From Octopus bimaculoides (lineage: Eukaryota): a stretch of DNA of 64,000 bases. Location of the stretch: positions 124,108,595-124,172,594 of the forward strand of contig NC_068984.1 in the NCBI RefSeq assembly GCF_001194135.2. The letters are read 5' to 3'. The position numbers and the translations under genes were made by a program. Of this stretch, positions 13,800 to 27,364 are shown piece after piece. Numbering within the stretch: the first letter of the stretch is position 1; the number at the start of each line of letters is the position of its first letter. The notes under the pieces were generated by a model. It saw nothing but the letters and a program-made list of their open reading frames with translations, did not search any database and was not told the origin of the DNA.

Positions 13800-14134
13800 C
13801 TCCATCTATATTTCTTATATTCTTGCACATGATATTAAGGAGTTACCATGACTGAATTGATGAGGAGCTATTTTAATAGCTCAAACATTGCCGGCGTATT
13901 TCTGATCCGAGGGAGCAGAAAACACTGACCCGCATCCTTTGATAAAGAAGTTATCGAAAAATGGTTACGTAAAAAATACAATCGCACAGAAAACGCAATA
14001 ATAAAAAAAGATGAAAAAGAAAATAGAGTATAGAAAGTTACCCACAGGAAGATCAGAGAAGCATAGAAATAGACACGTAAGTAAAAGAAGGTAACAAGAA
14101 AGAAATATTTAGTAAAGAAAACAAAAGTGAGATT

Positions 14135-14350
14135 AATTCTTTTCGACTCAAGGCACAAGGCCCGAAATTTTGGAGGGGGGCAGTCGATTACATCGACCCC
14201 AGTACGCAACTGGTACTCAGTTTATCAACCCTGAAGGGATGAAAGGCGAAGTCAACCTCGGCGTAATTTGGAGTCAGAACGTAAAGACAGACGAAATACC
14301 GCTAAGCATTCTGGCCGGCGTGCTAACGTTTCTGCCAGCTCGCCGCCTTA
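14135..14350 (-). mobile_element. SINE family A copy
   Basis: Near-complete reverse complement of the family A consensus, ending CTCGCCGCCTTA. Confidence 0.85.
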
Positions 14351-15794
14351 AAGTGAGATTGAGGAAGAAATGAGAGAAGAGATAGTAAAGATGATAAAGC
14401 AAACAAAAATGTAATAATAGAAAAAAAAACGGTGGGTGATGGAATATATATGTTAATGTAAAGCCAATTAGGAAGAAAGTTGGAGATAAATGGAAAGTAG
14501 ATAAACTGGAAGAAGTGAAGAATGGAGGTGGAAAAATAACGATTGAAAAACGTAGAGTTAGAAATATGAGAAAGACGTAAGAAGTGTTGGAATATAAAAT
14601 TGATGTAAGGGAATAAAATCGAAGGTTGAAAAAAGAAACAGAAAGAGAATAATACGCGAGAGAGAATATTTGTGCATACATGAGAGATATATGGACAAAA
14701 CAAAATGGCGGAGTAGACAAGCTGGTCATCCTGATGTTTTTTTGCTTGTTTTTGTTGCTGTTTTACATTAGTGTTAATTTATTAATGGATGATGTTAATG
14801 GACGACATTAAAATCTCAAGGAGACGAACACTACAGAATCCATGATGGCACTTCAGTAAACAGAACCCTGATTAATCTATCAGCAACAGAACCGAAACAG
14901 AATCAGTTATTTTCTCACCTCAGAACGAAGAGAGCGCTGTGGTAATAATGAGCGACATATTGAATCGATCGCGTCTTATCATTAGATTATTTTTAACAAA
15001 TAAAAATTGAGCTGAAATCGAAAGTAAATTAAAGATAAAGGAGGAATGAGAAAGATAAAGGGAGAGAAGTAGAGAGAGAGAGAGTGAGAGGTTGAGAAAG
15101 AAAGAGTGAGAGGGAGAACATGAGAGATAAATGTGTTGCAATTATTTTTATTATCCGAGCAGTCAGGTGATGTTAGAAATTACGGGGGAAGTAAACGTGG
15201 CCACTGGAGATTTACAAATCGGTTTTTCCTCGTCTCGTTAATGGATAAGATAACTGTGAAATGATGCAGTGACGGATATGTGAATGGTAGGGGATAGGTT
15301 TGTGAAATTGTGACGTAGAACAAGGAAATGTAATAATGATAATTCTTTTTGTAGAGGTGGGAGTTGTACTGTGATTTGCTACTTGAATATATGTAGAAGG
15401 ATACAAATTGGTTGATAAAAGTAAGGAGCTGACGGTAGATGAATAAAAATAGAGGGATACAGGACATGCATTATAATGAAAAACATTCTGAAAGCTGGAG
15501 GAGTTAGTGGAATATTGCCCTACAATGGGAGGTACGGATAGAAAGTAACAATTTGCTGTAAACATATACGTATAATGAACAAACAAGAGCACAAACAATG
15601 AATGCGTTTACATCAACGAACATACAGGCTCAGCCAGCCAGCCATCAATCCATCCTTCTATCTATCTACTCACTCACACATCAATCCATCCATCCATCCA
15701 TCCATCCATCCATCCATCCATCCGTCCGTCCGTCCGTCCGTCCGTCCGTCCGTCTGTCCGTCAGTTTGTCTATCTATCTATCTATCCATCCATC

Positions 15795-15849
<55 letters not shown>

Positions 15850-15857
15850 CATCCATC

Positions 15858-15921
<64 letters not shown>

Positions 15922-15972
15922 GCGCACATATGCGTGCGTATTTATGTTTGTGTTTGCACTCTTCTGGAAGCT

Positions 15973-16035
15973 GAGGTCTCTGGGTGAGACTTGGATCCAA
16001 CTTGTACAAATGCAAGACAAAAGTCAAACATAAAA
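15973..16035 (+). mobile_element. Extreme 3' tail of the same Dong-type subfamily as 12134-12450
   Basis: GAGGTCTCTGGGTGAGACTTGGATCCAA..TTGTACAAATGCAA..CAAAAGTCAAACATAAAAT is near-identical to the reverse complement of 12134-12195 and is followed by (AAT)n. Confidence 0.75.
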
Positions 16036-16060
16036 TAATAATAATAACAACAACAGCAAC

Positions 16061-16209
16061 AACATCGAAAAATACCATAGGAATGAGAACCCAGATTCGA
16101 AATTTCCCCAAGACACCTGATGAAGGCTGGAGGGTAAATCAGCTGAAACGTTGTGTTAACAAGAAACAAGATGACAAATATCCGTCGAATGTAAATAATG
16201 TAAATAATG
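16061..16209 (+). mobile_element. Penelope-like terminal module, copy 3 (intact CTGATGA core)
   Basis: AACATCGAAAAATACC..GGAATGAGAACCCAG.TTCGAAATTTCCCCAAGACACCTGATGAAGGCTGGAGGGTAAATCAGCTGAAACGTTGTGTT; directly comparable with the other three copies. Confidence 0.65.
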
Positions 16210-16685
16210 AACCATTGGATACGTTTGAATTTACTGAATGCCGGATACCCGTGAAATATAGTTTCTTATTAGACTTAATCGCTAATCTGAGTTGTTTGTT
16301 TACTTGAGTTTTTCAAGATATTCTGGCTCACCAAAGCATGCTGCTTGCTTCGTTGTTGATTTATCTCGATCCTTTTTATTTGTCCTCGTATCTTTCATTA
16401 TACATCCATGTATTTGGATTTGTATGTAAGTATGTATGCGCATGTATATACATACTTTAATGACAGACAACGGTTCATGTAAAAGATGATGCTATTATTC
16501 ACACACAAAACTATTTTTGACACGCAGCTACCAACAGCAGCCCCCAAGACACATCTTACAGAACAAATGATTTGTAGATTTTCCATTAGAAACAAATAGC
16601 ATATACAAACATGCAATTGTGTGCCAAGCAGTTTGTTGTGTTTTTGTGTGTATGTAAAAGAGGGAGACGGGCAGGCAGGAAAGAC

Positions 16686-16733
<48 letters not shown>

Positions 16734-17300
16734 TAGAGAGAGAGAGAGAGAGTGGAAGAGAAAAAAGATAAAGAGAGTGGGGAGAGCTGAATCCACTTCG
16801 TGCAGGGCGTTTGTTAAAAAGATTGAGACGCAGTTTTTGATGGACGCTGAAGAGAGACCTACTCGGGAAAGTTATGATTTCAATAAAGCCGCAAAAGGCA
16901 AATGAAGTCCTGAGAATTCAATTGGTTCTTTAAGGATTTGAAATGAAAATTAATAATATGCATTTCAAGCGTTAAATTTTCTACTATAATGTTGTTCGAA
17001 GAGTTTATTTGCTATGAAGATAGTAAGGAAGTGTATATGGTTACTAAACATGTATCTATGAATGTATGGTGAAATATGCCCAAAATAGGTATGTGCATGT
17101 ATATGTGTGTTTGTCCCATATTATTTTCTGCTGCTTTTCTTTTTTACCATTCATTTTTGCCATTTATTTTTAAGGAGAACTTTTGATAGCTCTGTTACAT
17201 ATTTGGATTAATTAAGTCGTACTCTGAGGAACACGTGTTACAGTACATACGTACATGTGCAAGCCTGTATACATACATACATACATACGTACATACATAT

Positions 17301-17345
<45 letters not shown>

Positions 17346-17509
17346 TGCATACATAAGAACACTGGTTAAATGACCGAGTGAAACCTTAATAAAATGTATA
17401 CATGTTCGATCTGATATAGTGATTTGGTACTGTAAAGTAGTGGAAACTGTGTAGAGTAGTGGAAATTAGCTGCGCTAACAAAAGATTATAGCTGAGTGAA
17501 AAAGAAAAT

Positions 17510-17935
17510 GCCTACACTGAACTATTGAGAAATCTGCAGTTATTATACCCAAATTTCAATTTCAAGTTCCTGGGATATGTAACAATCTCAAAAAAATTAA
17601 GCTCCTCAAAACCAGAAAGGAGAAATCTGATTCGAAGACTACAGATCCAAGCCATCAGTAGAACTGTAAAAATTTGTAAAAATTGCCAGAAGTTTATCAT
17701 TTAAGCATTTCGTATGGGTATATGTAGACATGCAGCTATATACATGAGAATAGATACAAAAAGCAAAACATACAAATCTGCACATGTACTGATTCCAAAT
17801 ACTGCACATATACACACATACATGAAAAAATACCCTGTTGATGTTATTGAAATTCCAATGAAGGAGCCTTGGATCTAGAATAGAAAGCAACTCCTTCTCT
17901 ATTGGCAAGAATTCTTGAAAAACTGAATAATGACA
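17510..17935 (-). repeat. Unclassified interspersed repeat; a second copy lies at 52485-52812 (+)
   Basis: Shared CTTG.CAATAGAGAA.GAG..G.TTTCTA..CTAGATCCAAGGCTCCTTCATTGGAATTTCAA and GATGGCTTGGATC.GTAGTCTTCGAATCAG.TTTCTCCTTTCTGGTTTTGAG blocks; both copies start next to (TATG)n. Confidence 0.75.
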
Positions 17936-17987
17936 TACATACATACATACATACATACATACATACATACACACATACATACATCCT

Positions 17988-18073
<86 letters not shown>

Positions 18074-20458
18074 TGTGCGCGCGTACTTTTTAAAGATGTG
18101 CTTGTTTATCGAGAGATTTGATCTGACACCATGTGTTGGCACGAAAGCAACCACAGTGTACCAGTGTTGCTTATATGAATGATTAAAGAACACTCGCATT
18201 CTTACTATTAAATTCCCTAATGTATCTTTAATATTTCGCAACAAAATAACATCTACGTCCATGTATCATTGACTTTTTTCACGCATCACGATCTTCTCAT
18301 TAATCTTGTACTTAACATTTGTCGTAGTTCTTGCCTCATATCGTCAGTCCTGGTTTCACTCATCCTCATCCTACACTTCGTTAAAACATATTGTATCAAG
18401 GATCACATTGTCTAATGTTTATACCTATTTTCTTATTGCAGTAGAAAGTGATTTTAAGACAGTAGAGCGTGATATAAATAAGATTTTGCTGCTACTTTTA
18501 GCTGATCGAGGAACAGCGTAGAAATTTCTTAGTGGGGCACTTAACAGTATCTGACATAAGGGATTATCAGAGATACTGTGAAGCATAACATTTCGTTATG
18601 CGTTTGAAGAATATCCACGTTTATATATATTCCCTTTCAATTTTATTTCTGTATGTTTGTATGCCTGTATGTATGTATATATGTACCTGTGTGTACCTGT
18701 GTGTGCAGGCTTTCGTCCTCCTTCAGTCAAAACCCCCAGCCATGAGTGACCGTAAGGAGTACAGCAAGAGAGACAACTATTTTCCCCACACATACTTCTG
18801 CATTTCCTAGGCATCAGCGATCCTCGTGTTTTCCAACATCTTCCTTCTAGTCTATTCCTTGATGTTTTCCAACCATTCAGTTTTTTCTGTATTATTTTTT
18901 TATTGTTATTTTACCTTTATTATTTAAATGAGGCGGCGAACTGGCAAAATCGTTAGCACGCCAGCCAAAGTGTGAAGCGGCATTTCACTCGGCTTTACGT
19001 TCTGAGTTGAGATTCCACCGAAGTCGGCTTCGCTTTTATCCTTTCGGGGTAGGTAAGTTAAGAACCAGTGAAACACTGAGGTCGATGTAATCGCCTAGTT
19101 CCCTACCCCAAAACTTCAGGTCTTGTGCATTTAGTAGAAAGGATTATTATTTTACTCAGGACTGCGTCCATCCATGCATAACCATACACATTATAGACTG
19201 GGCGTCATAGTCGCATTTTATTTCCGTTCCTCTCTTTTATTTTTTACCAACTGACAAACAATTTTCGTATTCGCAGTCTTTACATCACTCTCCATAATAT
19301 TCTTTATGTAAAATGCAAAGCGTCTTCCTACAACGTTTCATTCCAAAAGCTTTAACACGTTCTCAATCACACATCTATGGCTAACACCGAAAGAGAACAT
19401 TAGATATTATTGCTATAGCAAAAAAAAAAAAAATTCTTTTTCCTTCACTTGTCTTAATCATTGGGCTATGCTAGGATACGGTGTTGAAGAGTTTAGTGGG
19501 AAAAAATCGAATCTATTACATGTTTTTTTTTTATATATAAATGTCTATTAGAGAAGTAACCAAATTCCTTCTTGAGTAGCAGATGCAGATCAAACACATA
19601 TGACAAGCTTCGACACACTTTCCACCAACAAAATTCATTCACAAGTCACTGATCGGCCCAGGGCATGTAGAAAACACTTGCCTAAAGTTACACGCTGTGG
19701 GACCGAACACGAAACCTTGTGATTGCAAAACGTGCTTCTTAACCACACAGCCATGCCTTCAGCAAATATTTATTTCTAATTTTATTTTAAAGTGGATCCT
19801 AAGTATAATAAAACGTCTTTCTATGAGATTTTTATATCAAAGGTATGATCATTTTCTCACTTTTCGTATCAAATATCTATAACTCGCACCAAAGAGAGCA
19901 AATGAATTATTGGTATTAAAAAAGCAGCAAAACAGTTTTTCTTATTTTTATTTTAAAATGATTCCATAACGTCTTACTATGAGATTTTATACCAAGTTCT
20001 ATGATGAATTTCTCACTTTCCGTATTAAACGAAATGACCAGCACCCAATTAATGCAGTTAAAAATATTACGATAACAACAGAATATATAAATACTTTTTA
20101 GTTCTTTTACAGTAATTTTTTTTTAATGTTAACCGAGCTAAGACCACTCAAGCTGTAGTAATCTGTCATTTTAGTTCCTTCTTTGATCTCTCATATCCCG
20201 TTATTCTTTCCAAATATTTAAATTTATCAACTACTTTGAGCGTCATTCCTGCTATTTCAATTGGTTTAACTATTTTTTTTTGTTACACTTTGTTGTTGTT
20301 TTAGGTTTTACTAACAACATACTCTCGTAAATTTTCTCACTCTTACCTCCCTTCAGCTATGTCAACGCTGTTAATTGTAAGTTACGGTCATTTTCGCGAA
20401 TTAGCGCGAAGACTGACATAAGTGGGAAAAGCTGAATATTTTGCATTACTCTTCATTA

Positions 20459-21000
20459 TAAGAGGTACCCAAAAGTAACCGGAAATTTTCTCTGTAGGAC
20501 AAGCCTGATGAAGTTCTGGCTTCTGCCGCTAGAAGCCACTTGATTCAACCCTCAGGCATCTGTCTGCCGATCGGCGGCGTGCAGTGAGGTCGTACTGCCG
20601 TGTGGTGCGACTTTGTTTTACAGTGCTTCTCCCCTGTTCGTCGATTTTTGCGACGGTTGAAACGATGGAACAGCGTGCTTCTGTGAAATTTTGTTTTCTG
20701 CTGGTGAAAACGGCGGCTGAAGCAGTCGTCATGCTTTTAAAAGCTTATAAGGACACTGTCATTAGCAAAACACAAGTTTACGAGTGGTTTTCACGCTGTA
20801 AGAATGGTCACTTGTCGCTTGAAGACCAATCTTGTTCAGGACGACCATCGACCTCCCGAATGGATGGAAACATCATGAAAATTCATGGACTGATCTTGGA
20901 GGACTGTCGCCGAACAATTGACAGACTTGTTAATATGACTGGTGTGTCCTAGAGCTCCTGCCAACAAATTTTGAGCGAAGAATTGCAAATGAAAAGATGG
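20459..21000 (+). mobile_element. 3'-truncated mariner (Tc1/mariner) element: left end plus N-terminal transposase HTH pseudogene
   Basis: TA followed by TIR-like AGAGGTACCCAAAAGTAACCGGAA at 20459. ATG at 20665 gives EQRASVKFCF..KTAAE..MLLKAY..SKTQVYEWFSRCKNGHLSLEDQSCSGRPSTSR (mariner HTH and GRP linker). A TAG at 20950 interrupts the frame, which continues SSCQQILSEELQMKR before breaking off. Confidence 0.88.
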
Positions 21001-21195
21001 TCTTGGCTGAAAAGCACTTGATCAAGTTAGTTGTGGTTGTCTTGATCAGTATTGACCTGGGGCAGTATTAACCTTTCGCGGGTGGATGAAATAAGTACCA
21101 GTCGAGTACTGGGTCAATGTTGTCGACTTACTCCTCTCCACCACCGAAATTGTTGACATTCTGTCAAAATCTAAAATCAGTATTGTGTCTTTGGA

Positions 21196-22060
21196 AGGCA
21201 GCGAGCTGGCAGAAACTTTAGCACGCCGGACGAAATACTTAGCAGTATTTCGCCTGCCGCTACGTTCTGAGTTCAAATTCCGCCGAGGTCGACTTTGCCT
21301 TTCATCCTTCCGGGGTCGATAAATTAAGTACCAGTTACGCACTGGAGTCGATATAATCGACTTAATCCGTTTGTCTGTCCTTGTTTGTCCCTCTGTGTGT
21401 AACTCCTTGTGAGCAATAAAGAAATAAGAAACGTCAGCGATATTTCGTCTGTTTTACATTCTGTATTCAAATTCCGCCGAGGTCGACTTTGGCTTTCCTC
21501 CTTTCGGGGTCGATTAATTAAGTACCAGTTGCGTACTGGGGTCGATCTAATCGACTGAATCCCTTCCCCAAAAATTTCGGACCTTGTGCCTAGAGTAGAA
21601 AAGAATAATGTGTCTTTGGATTGGTAGAATCGTCGGAGTGTCGGATAAAATATCTTTCAGTATTTATTCCGGCTCTTTATGTTCTGAGTTCAAATCATGT
21701 CTAGGTATTCTTCCATACGGTGGATTGGGTGAAACCATAAACTTTGCGGTGTTTGTTTCGGCTCTTCAAATTTTGAGTTTAAATCTCGACAAAATCAACT
21801 TTGTCCTTCAATGTCCCCGTATCAATGGAATGAACTACCCAGTTTAAGTGCTAGGGCCGATTTCGTTAACTAACCCCTTTTCTCCTAAATTTCTGACCTT
21901 GCTGCATTTATTTCGGATCTTCAAGTTTTAAGATCAAATCTCGATAAAATCAACCTCGTTCAATTTTTCTGTGTCGATGAAGTGAAGTACCCAGTTAAGT
22001 ACTAAGGTCGATTTAGTTGACTGACCCCTTTCTCCTAAATTTCTAACCTTGCGTCTTTGT
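21196..22060 (+). mobile_element. Tandem cluster of SINE family A copies of decreasing fidelity
   Basis: Well-preserved copies at 21196-21425 and 21428-21605, followed by three decayed copies up to about 22060. Confidence 0.8.
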
Positions 22061-22067
22061 TACAAAC

Positions 22068-22068
<1 letters not shown>

Positions 22069-22115
<47 letters not shown>

Positions 22116-22622
22116 CAGTAGTGGCGGTGGGGGATGTTGCCATGAGGATGACGGTTGCAGTCACTAATCCGATGGGCGCTGTCGGATCTTTAAATGTCTG
22201 TCGAGGAGCAACGGCGACTAATCTCTAAACCAATCTTCTTTCTATAGAAAGGGTCAACCGTATTAAGTCGGGTAAACATGTTAATCGGCCCTTAATCAGA
22301 GAAACACGTTAAAAAAAAACAACAAGAATTCGAAATTGTGTAACAGCAGCAGTAGCTGTCGGAACAGTTGTAGTAGTAGCAGTAGTAGTAGTAGTAGGAG
22401 GAGGAGGAGGAGGAGGGGCTGGAGCAGGAGATGGTGGTGGAGAAAGAGGAGTGCAATTGTAGCGGCGTGAGTCGTTTGATGTATGGGGGAAGATGTGGTA
22501 ATGCTTTATTTGTCTTGTAGTAGTTGTGGTACAAGGGGCCCGTGGGGAGAGGGTTTTGGGTGTTGTGATTGTAAGGGCAGATTGTTGTGTGGTAGTAAGT
22601 AGTTCTGCTGGTAGTAGTAGTT

Positions 22623-22686
<64 letters not shown>

Positions 22687-23311
22687 GGCGTCTTTGCATT
22701 CATTCAGTTCATGAAGCAAAATATACCGAATATGCTCCTTTGTCACTTCCATTATAGCTTTGAAAAAAAAAAAAAATAACTGTTCAAATCGAACTGCACT
22801 CTTCAAAACTTGCACTAAGAGTAAGCACAAGGTAAAATTACAACCTGTTTTTATTGCAAGTTGATGCGGGTAGCTTATCCCGTTCCCTTCCGACTTTTAG
22901 TTCATCCAATTGAAAAAAGCTCCATTATCTATGGGGTGACCCAATATATATANNNNNNNNNNNNNNNNNNNNNNNNNNNNNNNNNNNNNNNNNNNNNNNN
23001 NNNNNNNNNNNNNNNNNNNNNNNNNNNNNNNNNNNNNNNNNNNNNNNNNNNNNNNNNNNNNNNNNNNNNNNNNNNNNNNNNNNNNNNNNNNNNNNNNNNN
23101 NNNNNNNNNNNNNNNNNNNNNNNNNNNNNNNNNNNNNNNNNNNNNNNNNNNNNNNNNNNNNNNNNNNNNNNNNNNNNNNNNNNNNNNNNNNNNNNNNNNN
23201 NNNNNNNNNNNNNNNNNNNNNNNNNNNNNNNNNNNNNNNNNNNNNNNNNNNNNNNNNNNNNNNNNNNNNNNNNNNNNNNNNNNNNNNNNNNNNNNNNNNN
23301 NNNNNNNNNNN

Positions 23312-23345
<34 letters not shown>

Positions 23346-23663
23346 TGTGTGTGTATGTGTGTGTGTGTGTTTCTGTGTGTGTTAGATTACCCTTGGGAGT
23401 GGGAGAAATAATGCACACTTCCAAAGGTCAACTTTGATGTTACCGGTTTCACCCTACACCCACTGCGCCACTTTATTTCTGCTGATTCGTGATAACGACA
23501 ACAAGAACAACAACAATCACATAAAAACGATTCGCTAACGTTAGCAACAACTACTTGCGTGACTACTACTACTACTACAACAACTACTGTTGCTGCTAAT
23601 GATGATGACTATGATGAAACTACTACTACTACTACTACTACTACTATCACCACCACCACCACC

Positions 23664-23708
<45 letters not shown>

Positions 23709-23753
23709 GCTACTACTACTACTACTAATACTATCACCACCACCAGCACCACC

Positions 23754-23800
<47 letters not shown>

Positions 23801-23862
23801 CACCACCACCACCACCACCACCACCACCACCACCACCACCACCACCATCACCACCACCACTA

Positions 23863-23901
<39 letters not shown>

Positions 23902-24642
23902 TTGTTGCTGCCTTATCGACCCACATCAACCACAATCCTAACAGGAGTGGCTGTCACATACACGATAACCACCACCACCACCACCAACATCACCACCATC
24001 ACCACAACTATTACCACAACCACCACTACAACTACTATTACCTCTACTACAACCAAAGCCACAACTGTCGTCGCTGTCGTTGTCCTCCTTCTCTGCACCA
24101 TCATCATCATCATCATCATCATCGCGGACAAAAAACAAGCAAAAAATAGAAAAGCAAAACACCAAAGACAGCAAATCCCTAAGGATTCTTATTTAATCCC
24201 TGCATAAATTCAGGGTCACTCACGGTTGAGTCTATCAGCACAACACGCAACTACGTTAACTCTGCGTGCTGCTACTACTATTACTACTACTACTACTACT
24301 ACGACTACTGTTGCTGCTGCTATTAATATTACAGTTGCTACTGTTACTGCTACCATCGCCGTCACTACTACCATCGCCGTCACTACTACTACTACTACTA
24401 CCACAAGCAGTTCTGAGAAAGCCAGAGCTACTGCGGGGGATGAGAAAAATCAAAGAATGGGTGAGCTATTGTCACCACCCGCCATCTGATCAAAGCCTGC
24501 TCATTTGTTCCAAGTGTGCCAGAGTCCGTCACTCAAAGATCCGGTTACATAGCTATTTAAGGGCTTGCCGCCCTTCTTTATGATCTTCTGGCACGAAAAA
24601 CTGCCATCCTCCGCCTCCTCCTCCTCCTCCTCCTCCTCCTCC

Positions 24643-24701
<59 letters not shown>

Positions 24702-24702
24702 G
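22069..24702. repeat. Trinucleotide-repeat mosaic zone (AGT/ACT, ACC, GCT, CAT, CCT)
   Basis: Successive triplet arrays at 22069-22130, 22370-22440, 22610-22688, 23560-24122, 24270-24400 and 24610-24702. Confidence 0.9.
22690..22952 (-). mobile_element. Second mariner left-end remnant (Mos1-like N-terminus) cut off by a microsatellite
   Basis: Minus strand reads TA-TTGGGTCACCCCATAGATAAT (mariner-type TIR start), then MEVTKEHIRYILLHELNE from ATG at 22752, running into (ACC)/(ACT)n repeats. Confidence 0.65.
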
Positions 24703-25079
24703 TTATAAGTCAAGTGGTTGATCATTTAGCCAATTGACCAATAAACTAATCGATTATTCGATTAATCGTTCGATCAGTCAGTCAGTCAAATTTCGTCACC
24801 ATTCGCCACCTCATCATTGACGTGTCTCTCTAATCCAAGTTTGATTCCATCATTATTAGCATAATGACCCTCCCGATATACAATATATGTTCCAATACTC
24901 GAATTCACATGATAATTACCTGCAAACCAAACACAAAAGCGAAGTAATTTAACTTGAATTCATGAAAAATAATCCAGTTTTCTTGGCCCACCTTTAGATA
25001 ATCTATCGGCTTACATTCGATTAAGCATGGTTATAATAAAATTATCAATAACAGACTGATCCGTATTGACTCATTCTGT

Positions 25080-25480
25080 CCAGGTACAACGCCAAGGATT
25101 TCAGGGGACGGGGTAAGTTGCTTACATCAACCCCATTACTCAACTGGTATTTATTTTATCGACTCCGAACGATAAAAGGCAAAGTCGACTTCGGTGAAAT
25201 TTGAACTCAGAACGCGGGAACAGACGAAACACATGTAAGTATTTTGTCCGGCGAGCTAACAATTCTTTTCTACTCTTGGCACAAGGCCTGAAATTTTAGG
25301 AGAGTGGGGGCAGTCAATTAGATCTACCCTAGTACGCAACTGGTACTTAATTTGTCGAATACGAAAGGATGAAAAGCAAAGTCGACCTCAGCGGAATTTG
25401 AACTCAGAACGTAAAGACAAACGAAATACCGCTAAGCATTTCACCGGGCGTGCTAACGATTCTGCCAGCTCACCGCCTTA
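25080..25480 (-). mobile_element. Two tandem SINE family A copies
   Basis: GGCAAAGTCGACTTCGG/AAAGTCGACCTCAGCGGAATTTGAACTCAGAACG occurs twice; the cluster ends CTCACCGCCTTA. Confidence 0.8.
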
Positions 25481-26060
25481 TTTTCTGCCGGAAGTTCGTA
25501 TATTTGTTTAATAGGATTAACTTGGATTTCAACTTGCCTTAAGACACACAGTAATTCAATGGTACAATGTTGTCTTATTTGGTTGTTGCCCCAGTTGGAA
25601 GAAGAGGTGCCCGACTTCATTATGCAGCAAGATGTGTCCTGCCACATTTGCAGGATTACATCCCCTAGAATCTTCAAAAATGCTGGTTTGGCCGTACGGG
25701 GGGGGGGGGGGTGAATGATGTCCCATTGATGGACTGCACCCCCTCCCACACCAGGTCTTCCGTCCTAACGCCTTGTGATTGTTTCCTTTGGGTATATCTG
25801 AAACACAAAGGTGCTCCCTTACTTCCACAGGATTTCCAGGAGTTAAAACGGCGTATAGATGTGGCAAGAACTAGACTATCATGTTAGATGTCAGCATGTC
25901 ACTCCTATATTGAAAATCTCTGACTGTCAGTAGAACCTTGAAGAGTTAACCTTTCATGTTACATGTCTTTTTGTTTTTTTTTGCAATATATTCATTACAA
26001 CTCACATGTATGTTTTCTTTTTGTACTGTTCAATTTGAATTTGGAAATCCTCTTAGTCCC

Positions 26061-26346
26061 CAGTGAAGCATAGGGCCGGTTTCCCGGTTTCTATGGCGTA
26101 TGTGTTCCCCGCTAGGTGGACGGGACGCCAGTCCATCGCAGCATTTTACTCAAGAAACAGGAAGAAAGAGTGAGAGAAAGTTGGGGCGAAAGAGTACAAC
26201 AGGGGTCGCCACGACCCCCTGCCGGAGCCACGAGGAGCTTTAGGTGTTTTCGCTCAATAAACACAAACAACGCTCGGTTTGAGAATCGAAACCGCGATCC
26301 TCCGACCGCGAGTCTACTGCCCTAACCACTGGGCCATTGTGCCTCC
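26061..26346 (-). mobile_element. SINE family C, tRNA head with V-domain-like 3' part
   Basis: Minus strand GGAGGCACAATGGCCCAGTGGTTAGGGCAG..GGATCGCGGTTTCGATTC (A and B boxes), later GCGATGGACTGGCGTCCCGTCCA and a GGAAACCGGCCCTATG tail. A diverged plus copy lies at about 60690-60958. Confidence 0.75.
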
Positions 26347-27263
26347 TTCAATAAGAATTGCCTTGTAGGATCTACATGCGACAGTGAGGGCGCTTCTCTA
26401 GAGACGAGACTTATCCAGTATTGTATTCAAATATTCATATATAAACCTTCAACTATATTTTTGACAAAGGCTATACACAGCCAAGTGAACGAGCTTCTGT
26501 GTTTATTTTACCTACCAAATGCTGAACCCAAATATCCATAAACGAAATTTTCACTATCTTTCACATAAGAGCCAAATGTTCTAAGTCTTAAATATTATTT
26601 CTGACTTAGGCAGAAAACAAGTCATTTTAAAAGGAAACTGTTAATCGATTAAATCAATGCTAGTATCGACTGGCTCTTTATTTCATCGATCCCGAAAAGA
26701 TGAAAAGTAAAGTTGACTTCGACAATATTTGAACTCAAAAGGTAAGGAGCTGAAATGAATACCAAGAAGCATTTCCCAAAGCTTCAACGATTCTGTCTAC
26801 CTTCTGCCTTTGTAAGTTCAGAATATTAAAGCAGCGTTCCCAACGACAAATATTGAGAACCGATGACTGCAACACAGATTTAATCATCTGTTATTAATTA
26901 AGCACGTCCGTGTTATATGTCTAGCTGTGCATAACTAACTACAGCTACACCACAAAACACCATTATTTCCGTTCAACATCACTAACATCGCAGACGCCGT
27001 CATTATCAGTGGCGGCCTATACTAATATATACCGCAGCCATCACTCCTCCGTTACCGGTACACAACCTTAGTCAATATCAACGCCACCACCACCACCATC
27101 ACCACCACCGCCGTCGCGGGTGCCACCACCACCACCACCACCAACAACAACTCTCATTTTCTACCCTTCTACCTCATCATCACCAGACCTGTGTCATTTC
27201 TACTTTTATTTCCACCACAACCACTCACCACCTCAAAACACTACGACTAATGTCAGGTATATA

Positions 27264-27301
<38 letters not shown>

Positions 27302-27329
27302 CACACACACACACACACGNNNNNNNNNN

Positions 27330-27364
<35 letters not shown>

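Noticed and set aside
25550-25870. Complex GC-richer block possibly derived from a Gypsy pol gene
   Set aside because: No diagnostic motif could be read in any frame; it needs a tBLASTx/HMM search.
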